Source: Spirochaetota bacterium
GTDB taxonomy: Bacteria > Spirochaetota > JAHITG01 > JAFGFC01
Direction: 5' to 3'
Length of the DNA: 64,000 nt
Assembly: GCA_016931325.1 (NCBI GenBank)
Contig: JAFGFC010000001.1
Coordinates: forward strand, 1,419 to 65,418
The notes under the pieces were generated by a model. The model did no database searches and was not told where the DNA came from. It worked only from the letters and a program-made list of their open reading frames with translations. Position numbers and translations under genes: made by a program. Of this stretch, positions 50,926 to 60,554 are shown piece after piece (the stretch's first letter is position 1; each line of letters starts with the position of its first letter).

Positions 50926-52310
50926 TAAAATTTTATAACTCGTTAAAAAAAAAATTAGAAAAATTTTCTCCCATTGAGGAAAAACGGGTAAAGATCTACT
51001 CCTGCGGTCCTACCGTCTATGATTATGCTCACATAGGTAATTTCCGTTCCTATATCTTTTCAGATCTTTTAAGAAGGTTTTTAAAATATAAAGGATACAA
51101 GATCAGCCATGTGATGAACATCACGGATGTTGATGACAAGACCATACACAAAGCTCAGAGAGAAGGAAAAAGCCTCCAGCAATTCACAAAAGAATACACA
51201 GAAGCTTTTTTCCATGATCTGAGAACTTTAAATATTGAAGAGGTTGAATTTTATCCCCGTGCCACAGAGCACATTGATGACATGGTCCGGCTTATAAAAA
51301 AACTGGAAAGAAAAGAACTCACATATATCTCAGAAGGTTCTGTTTACTTTAATATTTCCAGATTTCGCAAGTACGGCAATCTTTCAGGTGTTGATCTGGG
51401 CGGGATGAAGAAAGGCAGTCGCGTCGATCATGACGAGTACAAGAAAGACGACATAAAGGATTTTGTTCTTTGGAAGGCGAAAAAACAAGGAGAACCTTTC
51501 TGGAACACGGTTTATGGTGAAGGGAGACCGGGATGGCACATCGAATGCTCGGCCATGAGCATGAAGTATCTGGGCCCGACGCTGGATATCCATACCGGAG
51601 GCGTGGATCTGATCTTTCCCCATCATGAGAACGAGATCGCGCAGAGCGAAGGGGCCACAGGAAAACCGTTTGTACGGTACTGGTTGCACTGTGCTCATCT
51701 TATTGTTGAGGGGGAAAAGATGTCAAAATCGAAAAATAATTTTTTCACCCTGAGGGATCTTTTAAAAAAAGGATATACTCCGCGCGCTATCCGGTATCTT
51801 CTGCTTTCCGTGCATTACAGGAAACAGCTCAATTTTACAGAAAAAAGCGCAAAGGCTGCCACAGCCGCTGTTCTCAAGATCCAGAATTTCTATGACACAG
51901 TAAAAGAACTGCGACCAGACAATAAAAAAAATCATGGTGTTCAAAATAAATTAAGGCCTTTTCTCATTAATTTCGACAGGGAATTAGAGAACGATTTGAA
52001 TATTTCACCGGCTCTGGCCTCTCTTTTTGATTTTATCCATATGACCAACAGATTCATCATAGAGCAAAAGATCACTGAAAAAGACAAAGGATTTATCCTG
52101 AAGACATTGAAAAGAATCGACAACATTTTGGGGATACTGCAGGAAAAAGAGTCTGTTCCTGAAGAGGTATTAGCCCTTGTCAATGAGCGTGAGGAAGCCA
52201 GAAAAAGTAAGGATTTTAAAAAAGCCGACAGGATCAGGGACGAAGTGATAAAAAAAGGATTTGTCATTGAAGATACAAAAGAAGGCGCCAGAGTTAAGAA
52301 AATAGAGTAA
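50922..52310 (+). CDS. cysS: cysteine--tRNA ligase
   Basis: [36 protein letters not shown] and KMSKS motifs. Confidence 0.98.
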   Translation: MIKFYNSLKKKLEKFSPIEEKRVKIYSCGPTVYDYAHIGNFRSYIFSDLLRRFLKYKGYKISHVMNITDVDDKTIHKAQREGKSLQQFTKEYTEAFFHDLRTLNIEEVEFYPRATEHIDDMVRLIKKLERKELTYISEGSVYFNISRFRKYGNLSGVDLGGMKKGSRVDHDEYKKDDIKDFVLWKAKKQGEPFWNTVYGEGRPGWHIECSAMSMKYLGPTLDIHTGGVDLIFPHHENEIAQSEGATGKPFVRYWLHCAHLIVEGEKMSKSKNNFFTLRDLLKKGYTPRAIRYLLLSVHYRKQLNFTEKSAKAATAAVLKIQNFYDTVKELRPDNKKNHGVQNKLRPFLINFDRELENDLNISPALASLFDFIHMTNRFIIEQKITEKDKGFILKTLKRIDNILGILQEKESVPEEVLALVNEREEARKSKDFKKADRIRDEVIKKGFVIEDTKEGARVKKIE

Positions 52311-52327
52311 GGTCACCTTTTCTTATG

Positions 52328-52353
52328 CTTGTCTGTTTTTAAAAAGAGACAAG
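52328..52353. promoter_or_regulatory. near-perfect 26-bp palindrome between cysS and glgP (operator or terminator-like)
   Basis: CTTGTCT-G-TTTTTAAAAA-G-AGACAAG. Confidence 0.45.
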
Positions 52354-52377
52354 ATATCAATAAGGGAAATAATCCGG

Positions 52378-54432
52378 ATGGGGATCCTATCAGAAAATTT
52401 GGTTTATAACCTGTGGTTCAGCTGGTCAAAACGGCTAGATCGATATTTTGTTTCTATTGATAAAGATTTCTGGGAAGCGTGTCATCATAATCCGGTTCTG
52501 TTTATTAAAAAGAAAAGGGATAATGCCGCGATAAATAAGTTGGCCCGGGAATTTGAGAATGAATACAGGGAATATATGGATAGCACTGATCTGTGGGGAA
52601 ATAAAATTTCTTTTCCCATTGCCTATTTTTCTGCGGAATACGGGCTGCATGAAAGTCTTCCTGTTTATTCCGGGGGGCTGGGGATTCTATCGGGTGATCA
52701 TCTGAAAAGCGCATCTGATCTGGGGATCCCTCTTATTGGCGTGGGATTGTTCTATAAAAGAGGTTATTTTGTTCAGAGTCTTGATAAAGAGGGGAACCAG
52801 ATCGCCCTTTATCCGGTTTCGCGCATGGATGATCTTCCGGTTCGTCCGGTCCTTGACAGAAAAGGGAATAGATTGATCATCTCTCTTCCCATGGGTGGAA
52901 CAAATGTTTATACCCAGGCCTGGCTTGTCAATGTGGGCAGGGTGAAGTTATATTTTCTCGATACAGATATAAAAGAGAATAAAGAAGGAGATCGCGGGAT
53001 AACCTCACAGCTGTATCAGGGAGCCAAGGGAAACGAAATCAGGATCAGGCAGGAGATCCTTCTGGGGATGGGGGGTGTGAAACTTTTGAGAGCGTTAAAT
53101 ATCGATCCAAAAGTCTGGCATATCAATGAGGGACATTCGGCCTTTTTAATACTGGAACTGGCTAAAGAAGAGATGGAAAACAATACTCTGTCTTTCGATC
53201 AGGCCCTGTGCAGGGTAAGAAAAAGGATCCTTTTTACCACGCATACCCCTGTTAAAGAAGGGCATGAGAATTTTCCCAGGCTTTTGATGGAAAAATATTT
53301 CAAAGGATATCTTAAAACAGATGGTCTTTTAAAGACGGGTAATTTCGCTCATGAAAAAAACCCTGAAAATTTCAGTATGACCATACTGGCTTTGAAATAC
53401 TCTGCCAGGGCCAATGCGGTCAGCCGGATCAATGCTCAGGTCTCAAAACAGATGTGGGCAGAACTGTGGCCTGAAAAAACCGAGCAGGAGATCCCCATTG
53501 ATGCTATTACCAATGGAGTTCATCATTCCACCTGGGTGGCTGATCTTTGGGATGATCTGTTCGTTCGATACATTGATGCTCATTGGAGGGACAGGGTGGA
53601 TCAACGATCCCTGTGGGACCGGGTTAGAGATATTCCCTCTGAAGAGATCTGGGATAGGCATGTTCGATTAAAGCAGAGGTTGACAGATTATGTCAGGCAG
53701 GCGATCCAGGCTCAGCACGCCAGAAATAAGAGTGAACCAGAGATTATAGAACAGGTAATGAAGGAACTGGATAAAGAGGCTTTGATTATCGGCTTTGCTC
53801 GCCGGTTTGCGGTGTACAAGAGAGCCACATTGATATTATCAGATGAAAGTGCGTTAAAGCAAATACTGTTGAATGAAACTCATCCCGTACGTCTTATCTT
53901 TGCAGGGAAGGCTCATCCGGCGGATCTGAAAGGCCAGGAATTTCTAAAAATGATCTATCATTATTCCTTAAAGCCCCTGTTCAGAGGAAAAATATTATTT
54001 TTAGAGAATTATGATATATCTGTGGCCAGATATCTTACTCAGGGAGCCGATGTGTGGCTCAATAATCCGCGAAAGCCTTATGAAGCTTCGGGAACAAGCG
54101 GCCAGAAGGCCGGCATGAACGGAGTATTGAATTTCAGCCAGCTGGATGGCTGGTGGCCGGAGGCTTACAATGGAAAGAACGGCTGGGCTATTCCCGGCGA
54201 TGAAGATGAAGCCATAGAAAATGATATGCGGGATAAAAGGGAGGCGGAATCGATCTACAAAATATTGAACACCCGGATCATACCCTGTTTTTATAACAGG
54301 AATTCCAGCGGCATCCCTGTCCAATGGATCGATATGATGAAAGAATCGATTCTTACTGTGATGCCTGTCTATAATACTCATAGAATGGTCAAAGAGTACT
54401 GTGAAAAATATTATTTTCCCCTAATGAAATGA
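52378..54432 (+). CDS. glgP: alpha-glucan (glycogen/maltodextrin) phosphorylase
   Basis: YSGGLGILSGDHLKSASD, INEGH, TTHTP, ARRFAVYKR, AGKAHP and EASGTSGQK (PLP lysine) motifs. Confidence 0.95.
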   Translation: MGILSENLVYNLWFSWSKRLDRYFVSIDKDFWEACHHNPVLFIKKKRDNAAINKLAREFENEYREYMDSTDLWGNKISFPIAYFSAEYGLHESLPVYSGGLGILSGDHLKSASDLGIPLIGVGLFYKRGYFVQSLDKEGNQIALYPVSRMDDLPVRPVLDRKGNRLIISLPMGGTNVYTQAWLVNVGRVKLYFLDTDIKENKEGDRGITSQLYQGAKGNEIRIRQEILLGMGGVKLLRALNIDPKVWHINEGHSAFLILELAKEEMENNTLSFDQALCRVRKRILFTTHTPVKEGHENFPRLLMEKYFKGYLKTDGLLKTGNFAHEKNPENFSMTILALKYSARANAVSRINAQVSKQMWAELWPEKTEQEIPIDAITNGVHHSTWVADLWDDLFVRYIDAHWRDRVDQRSLWDRVRDIPSEEIWDRHVRLKQRLTDYVRQAIQAQHARNKSEPEIIEQVMKELDKEALIIGFARRFAVYKRATLILSDESALKQILLNETHPVRLIFAGKAHPADLKGQEFLKMIYHYSLKPLFRGKILFLENYDISVARYLTQGADVWLNNPRKPYEASGTSGQKAGMNGVLNFSQLDGWWPEAYNGKNGWAIPGDEDEAIENDMRDKREAESIYKILNTRIIPCFYNRNSSGIPVQWIDMMKESILTVMPVYNTHRMVKEYCEKYYFPLMK

Positions 54433-56444
54433 AGAGTCAGAATAATTTAAATCAGATCCTTCACCTTTTAAAAAAAAACAGAAAGAACATATCCTGTCCT
54501 GTTCCGTCCTTCTGGGCCTGGCCGGGAATTGATTTTTCAGGCAAAGTAAAACAGGCCAATCTCTTTGATCTGCTGATAGCCTTGATAAAAAATATCCTTC
54601 AGAACGATCACAAACAAAACCCAAAGGATCCCCGGCCTTTGGTAATCTACGGATCCCTGATCAGAACGACCTGCGCCTATGATTTTGACGGGGATGGGAA
54701 ATTGTCCTTGAATAGAAACAACCTGCGAGAAAGCGGGACGTTTTTACGAATGATCCTGTTGTTGCCTTTTTTGAAAAGGATGGGGATCAATATGATCTAT
54801 TTATTGCCTGTGACCCGATCCAGCCGGCAATACCAAAAGGGTGAGGCCCCCTCTCCTTATTCCGTAAAAAATCATCTTAAACTGGATGAAGCCTTCCATG
54901 ATCCCATGGTGGGACTGTTCTCAGAGAAAAAGCTGGACCTGCAGTTCAAGTCCTTGATCGAAGCCGCGCATCGTATGGGAATAAAGATCATTATTGATTT
55001 TATTCCCCGCACGGCCGCCAGGGATCACGATCTGATCCTTCAAAGACCGGGGTGGTTTTACTGGATAAAAAAAGATAGTGAAGATAAGTTTTATCCCCCT
55101 TTTATCAAAGGCGTTCCCTGTACCCCTTTTTCAAGACAGTATAATAAAAGCATTTATGCATCCTTAATAACGCAGGAATTCTTATCACATTTCACTTTCT
55201 CTCCTGACCTTATCGACAGGAAAAAATGGCAATGGCTGGTAGCCAAGGTAAAAAGAGAGAAAATACCTGATTTTCTGGATATGATCAGTGAAACGTTCCA
55301 TGTAACTACGGCTCCTGGTTTTTCAGATGTGATCAATGACCCTCAACCTTTATGGAAAGATATTACATTCCTCCGCCTCCATTTTGATCATCCTGTGGAC
55401 GCTGTCCCTTTTTTAAAGAAAGACCAGCCCCCGTATATACTTTATGATGTTTTGAAATCCAGCCGTTCAAGGTTCAATAGGCCGAATGAAAAGCTGTGGA
55501 ATTATTTATGTGATATTCTCCCCTTTTATCAGAAAAAGTACAGGATCGATGGAGCCCGTATTGATATGGGACACGCTCTGCCCCCTGAGTTAGAGAAACA
55601 TATTCTGCACAGGCCTGTCAAGAGAGATCCCGGGTTCTTTCTTATGTCCGAGGAGTTGGATATGGGTAATTCAGCCAGGGCCAGAAGGATGGGGTATCAT
55701 ATGATCGTGGGCAATTTATGGGCGCAGCAAGCCAGATGGAAAAACGGGAACATAAAAACATCTTATAAAAACGATCTCATGAATCTGTCCCTGCCGGTTC
55801 TGGGCAGCGCTGAAACACATGACACGCCCCGTTGTATTACAAGAAGCAAAGATCCCCGCTTTTATTATTTTGTCACTGTGTTGAATTTTTTTCTTCCCAA
55901 CACGGTTCCCTTTATTAATACAGGATTTGAAATAAAAGAAAAACAGCCCATGAACATGGGGCTGGATACTGATTTCTGTGATCTGCATCTTTTACCAAAA
56001 AAGGATCCCAATTATGGCAAACTGGCCTTATTCGATCATACCTTTTTACATTGGGAAAACAGCAGTACTCTGTTCATGTCACTGGTATCAAAATGCCTAT
56101 GGATAAGAAAATCATTCCCTGTCCTGAGCCGGTTTCAGGCTTTTCGGGATGTCAAACTATCTCCGGAGAATCAATATACTTTCAGCTTTCTCTATCCTTT
56201 TAAAAATGGCTTTGTTTATATCATAATTAATTCTCATCTTAAAAAAGACTTTACTGTCAGTTTTAAAATACCCGGAAGAGATTGGTGTTTTCATTCCCTT
56301 CTTGATACAGAGGCATTCTTTGAAAAAAAAGAATTCTGCGACGATAATATCCACAGCCGGATAAAACGAAAAAACAGGACATATCAGATCAGGTTAAAAA
56401 AGGCGCAGATCCATATCCTTCATCTAATCCCTTTCAACCGATAA
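54429..56444 (+). CDS. GH13 alpha-amylase family protein, maltosyltransferase (Thermotoga MmtA)-like
   Basis: ESGTFLRM, KGEAPSPYSVKN, DFIPRTAARD, GARIDMGHALP (nucleophile), SEEL (acid/base) and ETHDTPR motifs. Confidence 0.82.
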   Translation: MKSQNNLNQILHLLKKNRKNISCPVPSFWAWPGIDFSGKVKQANLFDLLIALIKNILQNDHKQNPKDPRPLVIYGSLIRTTCAYDFDGDGKLSLNRNNLRESGTFLRMILLLPFLKRMGINMIYLLPVTRSSRQYQKGEAPSPYSVKNHLKLDEAFHDPMVGLFSEKKLDLQFKSLIEAAHRMGIKIIIDFIPRTAARDHDLILQRPGWFYWIKKDSEDKFYPPFIKGVPCTPFSRQYNKSIYASLITQEFLSHFTFSPDLIDRKKWQWLVAKVKREKIPDFLDMISETFHVTTAPGFSDVINDPQPLWKDITFLRLHFDHPVDAVPFLKKDQPPYILYDVLKSSRSRFNRPNEKLWNYLCDILPFYQKKYRIDGARIDMGHALPPELEKHILHRPVKRDPGFFLMSEELDMGNSARARRMGYHMIVGNLWAQQARWKNGNIKTSYKNDLMNLSLPVLGSAETHDTPRCITRSKDPRFYYFVTVLNFFLPNTVPFINTGFEIKEKQPMNMGLDTDFCDLHLLPKKDPNYGKLALFDHTFLHWENSSTLFMSLVSKCLWIRKSFPVLSRFQAFRDVKLSPENQYTFSFLYPFKNGFVYIIINSHLKKDFTVSFKIPGRDWCFHSLLDTEAFFEKKEFCDDNIHSRIKRKNRTYQIRLKKAQIHILHLIPFNR

Positions 56445-56503
56445 TAACTCTTATACTATAGCCCCCGGTCTGCCGATATATAAAAAAAACGAGGCAAAAA
56501 GTC

Positions 56504-58225
56504 TTGTTGGTATTTATTATACTCATTCAGATCATTGTGGGGCTTGTTATTATCTACATGTTCTATGTTAATCCATCCATGAATCCTTTTAATCGGGCCA
56601 TGAAATTCCTGGAAATAGGGAATATAGATGAGGCTATCCTTGAATTCACCCGGTCAATTGAAAAGGACCCCCGGAATCATATAGCCCATTTCAAACTGGC
56701 CCATCTTTATCTGCAAAAGGATGTGCTTTTAAAGGCCGAGGAGCATTTTAAAAAAGTACTGGAAATAGGGAAATTTTCTGAAGAGATCAAAAGGCTGGAT
56801 ATTCTGAAAGAGATCGCCAGGATCTGTTTTGATCTAAAGAAATATGAAGAAGCCTTTCTTGCTCTGAAAGAGATCCTGACAATTTTTCCCTCTGACTATA
56901 TGGGAAATTTCTATATGGGGTTGATCCATGCCGGCCAGCTGGTCTATGAAGAGGCCAGTCAATATTTTAAAAAAGCCATCAGTTCCAGGCCCAATGATAT
57001 CGAATCACGGGTCAATTCCGCCTTATGTCTGATTCAAATGCAGGATCTGAATTCAGCCATCAGGGTTCTGGAAGAAGCCAATCAAAAGGCGCCTGATAAC
57101 GAGAAAGTAAAATTTTATATGGGTGTCTGCCTTTATATGGCCAAGATCTATAAACGCTCCATTGACTTTTTGTTACCTGTTCTGAAAGCAACGAGTGACA
57201 CGAAAATAAAATATTTCTGTTACCGGCTTATCGCCTCATCATTCTTCTTTCTTAATGAATATGAACGTGCCAGGGAATATCTGGATTCCGGGATGGAATT
57301 TGTCAAGCTGAATTCTTTAATGGAGGAATACAAGACCCTTCTTTTTGATTATGGTATGCTGAATGCTGTTACTGAAGATTATCATCAGGCCCATGAAAAG
57401 TGGAAAATACTCGAACTGATCGATCATACATACAGGCATCTGGAAGACCTGTTCGCTTATATTGAATTAAAGACCCGGCCCGTTAAGGAGGAAGAAGAGG
57501 AACAGATCGATCAATATCTGACCCCGGCGGCGGCTTCTTATTTCAGGACATCCCAGAGGGTCATTGGCATGGAAGAAGAGACAAAAGAGATTTCAGAAGA
57601 CGAGCGGGTGGAGGAGGCCTTTGAGGATATTAAGAAGGAATGGTTTAATTCCTTTATTCCCGAGAATTTCTTATGGAAAATGGGCGGGTTGACCAGCACA
57701 AAGCGGTTTAATATCGAAATGCTGACAGGCAAGGAAAAGCTGGATAATGTTCAAAAAAGAACAGGTATTTTTGATGGCCCTGGTCTGATAAAGGAGTTCA
57801 TGAACCTTGACAGACGGCAGTTCGAAGATGTGGGACGCAGGATCGTGCAGAAATTGGGGTACACCATAGTGAAATTGAATTTCAAGCCGACGATCGCTGA
57901 TTTTGTCGAGGGGGATGGTATCGATTTTGTGACAAAAGAACCGGGAAGCGGTCAGATGGTCCTTATCCAGCTCAGGCGTTGGGATCAGGGCAAGGCAGGA
58001 GAGATCCCCTTGAGGAACATGACACAGAATATGGCAGAGGAAAAGGCCAGAAAGGGGATATTTATTGTGCCGGCTGAACTGACCGAAGGGGCAGAAAAAT
58101 TTCTGCAAAAGATGAAAAATATCACCGTGTTTACTGAAAGGGATATGCCCAGGCTTTTAAGAGGGACAATGGATTTCAGCCAGACCAGTCCGGGAAGTAG
58201 CGTTACCGGATCACAGCAAAAATGA
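56504..58225 (+). CDS. membrane-anchored TPR protein with a C-terminal Mrr-like restriction endonuclease domain
   Basis: N-terminal TM, multiple TPRs, then FEDVGRRIVQKLGY...GDGIDF...LIQLRRW...KGIFI...LTEGA. Confidence 0.78.
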   Translation: MLVFIILIQIIVGLVIIYMFYVNPSMNPFNRAMKFLEIGNIDEAILEFTRSIEKDPRNHIAHFKLAHLYLQKDVLLKAEEHFKKVLEIGKFSEEIKRLDILKEIARICFDLKKYEEAFLALKEILTIFPSDYMGNFYMGLIHAGQLVYEEASQYFKKAISSRPNDIESRVNSALCLIQMQDLNSAIRVLEEANQKAPDNEKVKFYMGVCLYMAKIYKRSIDFLLPVLKATSDTKIKYFCYRLIASSFFFLNEYERAREYLDSGMEFVKLNSLMEEYKTLLFDYGMLNAVTEDYHQAHEKWKILELIDHTYRHLEDLFAYIELKTRPVKEEEEEQIDQYLTPAAASYFRTSQRVIGMEEETKEISEDERVEEAFEDIKKEWFNSFIPENFLWKMGGLTSTKRFNIEMLTGKEKLDNVQKRTGIFDGPGLIKEFMNLDRRQFEDVGRRIVQKLGYTIVKLNFKPTIADFVEGDGIDFVTKEPGSGQMVLIQLRRWDQGKAGEIPLRNMTQNMAEEKARKGIFIVPAELTEGAEKFLQKMKNITVFTERDMPRLLRGTMDFSQTSPGSSVTGSQQK

Positions 58226-59054
58226 ACGGATCCGGTTTTTCTTTCCCCCCGCTATCTTTGGTGAATTCCAGGATAGCCACATAGACTCCGCTTAACACCA
58301 GGATACCTTTACCGTTCTTGCCGTCCCATGTAGCATTCAGGGTAGAGTCCTTAAAGTAAGGCTCGTCACTCTGGATGATCCTGACCAGATTATAGTTAAT
58401 ATCATATATCTTCAGGCTGGCTCTTCCGGCTTCCTTGATATCATAATAGAACCGTATGGCTGAAGAATCATCCTCTTTTTTAAAAGGGGAGGGCGCCCCG
58501 TAAAAACGGTCGGTATAGAGAGGAAAAAACTCTCCTTCTTTTTTCTCAGGTATATTGGTGGCCGTGATACGCAGGAAATTAATGAAAGGGGTTCTGTCAG
58601 GAGGTGGTACAGAATTAGCCTGTAATACAGCTTTTAACTGTATGGTTCCGCTGGTGATAAATGAGATACCATTTCTTGAGAATCCTGCTCCAGCAGGGGT
58701 ATTAATTGTGTAGGTTTGCCAGTTTTGACCATTTGTAATAATAATAAAAATGCGGGGTTGAGAACCGCCACTGCTATTTGTTATTTTTGTGGAAAAATCG
58801 ATGTATTCCCATTTATAATTGGATAGAAGAACAATATTTGTACTAATAACATAACCGGTAATACTTGCCGCGATGGTATCAAGTTGAACATAGTTCGTAC
58901 CCAGATTTGTTACGATACGCACATTGTTCGTGCTTAAAAGATTCGATGTGCTCAAGTTTGTAAAAGGCTCATAAAAGAGTACAACCTGTTGAGCCCAGGA
59001 TTCAGCAGAAAAAATGAGCAATAATGTAAACAGTATTAATAAGATCTTCTTCAT
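58203..59054 (-). CDS. exported protein with a C-terminal FlgD-Ig-like domain
   Basis: Signal peptide (SWA-QQ); Thr/Asn-rich beta region; PSPF...LKIYD...LVRII...WDGKNGKG..VLSGVY. Confidence 0.75.
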   Translation of the reverse strand: MKKILLILFTLLLIFSAESWAQQVVLFYEPFTNLSTSNLLSTNNVRIVTNLGTNYVQLDTIAASITGYVISTNIVLLSNYKWEYIDFSTKITNSSGGSQPRIFIIITNGQNWQTYTINTPAGAGFSRNGISFITSGTIQLKAVLQANSVPPPDRTPFINFLRITATNIPEKKEGEFFPLYTDRFYGAPSPFKKEDDSSAIRFYYDIKEAGRASLKIYDINYNLVRIIQSDEPYFKDSTLNATWDGKNGKGILVLSGVYVAILEFTKDSGGKEKPDPFIFAVIR

Positions 59055-59351
59055 CAGAAATTAATATATCACAAAATACGTAAAATTCAACTACTATTTA
59101 GTATCGGATTTTAACATATGGTTACTTAATTATATTTAACACATTATTATTACAAATTACAGAACGCAATATTTAAAAGTGACATATAGGTAATTTAACG
59201 TTTTTGGATTTTTTGTTTAATAAGTATATAAAAACGATACACCAGAAACGAAAAACCATTTAATGTCTAAACGTAGTTTGTTTCAATAAAAGTGTTTGAC
59301 AAAAAAGAATGGATTAACTATATTTCGCAAAAATCGAATGAGGAGGATCCA

Positions 59352-60554
59352 ATGGGTGCGAAAGGAAATCTTATAATAGGACAGTCTGGAGGGCCTACCC
59401 AGGTGATCAATCAATCCCTTGTGGGGGCTGTCCTGGAGGCCTTGAAACATGACAATATTGACGGGATATACGGGATGGTCAACGGGGTTCAGGGACTTTT
59501 GGACGAAAAGATCATAGATCTGAGAAAAGAGAAAAAAGAAGATCTGGAAAAAGTCGCCATGTCTCCCGGAGCGGCTCTGGGTTCCTGCCGTTACAAACCC
59601 ACCCAGGAAGATTGTGAAAAGATATTCAACATCTGTAAAAAGAAAAATATCCGGTATTTCTTCTATATTGGTGGTAACGATACAGCGGAGACAGCCAATA
59701 TCATCCATGATATCGCTTCAGAAGAAGGTTATGATCTGGGGATCTTTCATGTTCCCAAGACCATTGATAACGACCTGAGAGAGACGGACCATTGTCCGGG
59801 ATACGGCAGCGCCAGCCGGTATGTCAGCCTTCTTTTCAAAGGCGACAATCTTGACAACCTTTCTTTAAAAGGCATCAAATTGAATATCGTGATGGGACGT
59901 AATGCCGGATGGCTCACGGCGGCGGCCGCCCTGGCAAGGGAAAATGAGGGCGATGGCCCTCATCTTGTTTATGTTCCAGAAAGGCCGGTTACAATGGAAA
60001 CCATGGCGAAAGATATTGAAAAGGTCTATCAAAAGCACGGACGGGCTCTGGTCGCTGTTTCCGAAGGTTTGAGGAATACGGACGGGGAACTGATGATCAA
60101 ATCAAAATTAAAGGAGCAGGATTCCCATGGCAATGTTCAGCTCAGCGGGTCCGGGACTCTGGGAGATTTTCTGTCAGCCGAGATCAAAGCCATGCTGGGA
60201 GGAAAATTAAGAGTGAGGGCGGATACCCTCGGATATGCCCAAAGGGCCTTTATGGGTGTTTATTCTGAAGTGGACGCCAGGGAAGCCAGACAGGTGGGAG
60301 AAGCGGCTGTTCGTTTTGCCGCCGGAGGTGAAACCAGCGGCAGCGTGATCATTAAGCGTCTGGGTAATGGCCCTGATTATGCGGTGGAGATGGGATTTAC
60401 CGATCTTGAGAAGGTGGCACGTGTGACCAAAGATATGCCGAATAAATTTGTCACAGGAGACAATGATGTATCAAATGCTTTTATCGAGTACCTGAAGCCA
60501 TTGGTAGGAGATCTTCCGCCTGCGGGAAGATTGAATTTCCATTCAATAAAATGA
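59352..60554 (+). CDS. pfp: 6-phosphofructokinase, probably PPi-dependent
   Basis: QSGGPT, IGGNDT, PKTIDND, MGRNAGW and VSEG motifs; start after GAGGAGG SD; TTGACA upstream. Confidence 0.88.
   Translation: MGAKGNLIIGQSGGPTQVINQSLVGAVLEALKHDNIDGIYGMVNGVQGLLDEKIIDLRKEKKEDLEKVAMSPGAALGSCRYKPTQEDCEKIFNICKKKNIRYFFYIGGNDTAETANIIHDIASEEGYDLGIFHVPKTIDNDLRETDHCPGYGSASRYVSLLFKGDNLDNLSLKGIKLNIVMGRNAGWLTAAAALARENEGDGPHLVYVPERPVTMETMAKDIEKVYQKHGRALVAVSEGLRNTDGELMIKSKLKEQDSHGNVQLSGSGTLGDFLSAEIKAMLGGKLRVRADTLGYAQRAFMGVYSEVDAREARQVGEAAVRFAAGGETSGSVIIKRLGNGPDYAVEMGFTDLEKVARVTKDMPNKFVTGDNDVSNAFIEYLKPLVGDLPPAGRLNFHSIK

Noticed and set aside
52378-54432. glgP as a truncated pseudogene (684 aa)
   Set aside because: The catalytic and PLP motifs are intact and the stop is coupled to the next gene; short phosphorylases exist.
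59055-59350. oriC or dif site in the long AT-rich intergenic region
   Set aside because: No TTATCCACA-type DnaA boxes. Only a partial XerD-like half-site (ATGTGTTAAAT on the minus strand) without a matching XerC arm. Divergent promoters explain the region.
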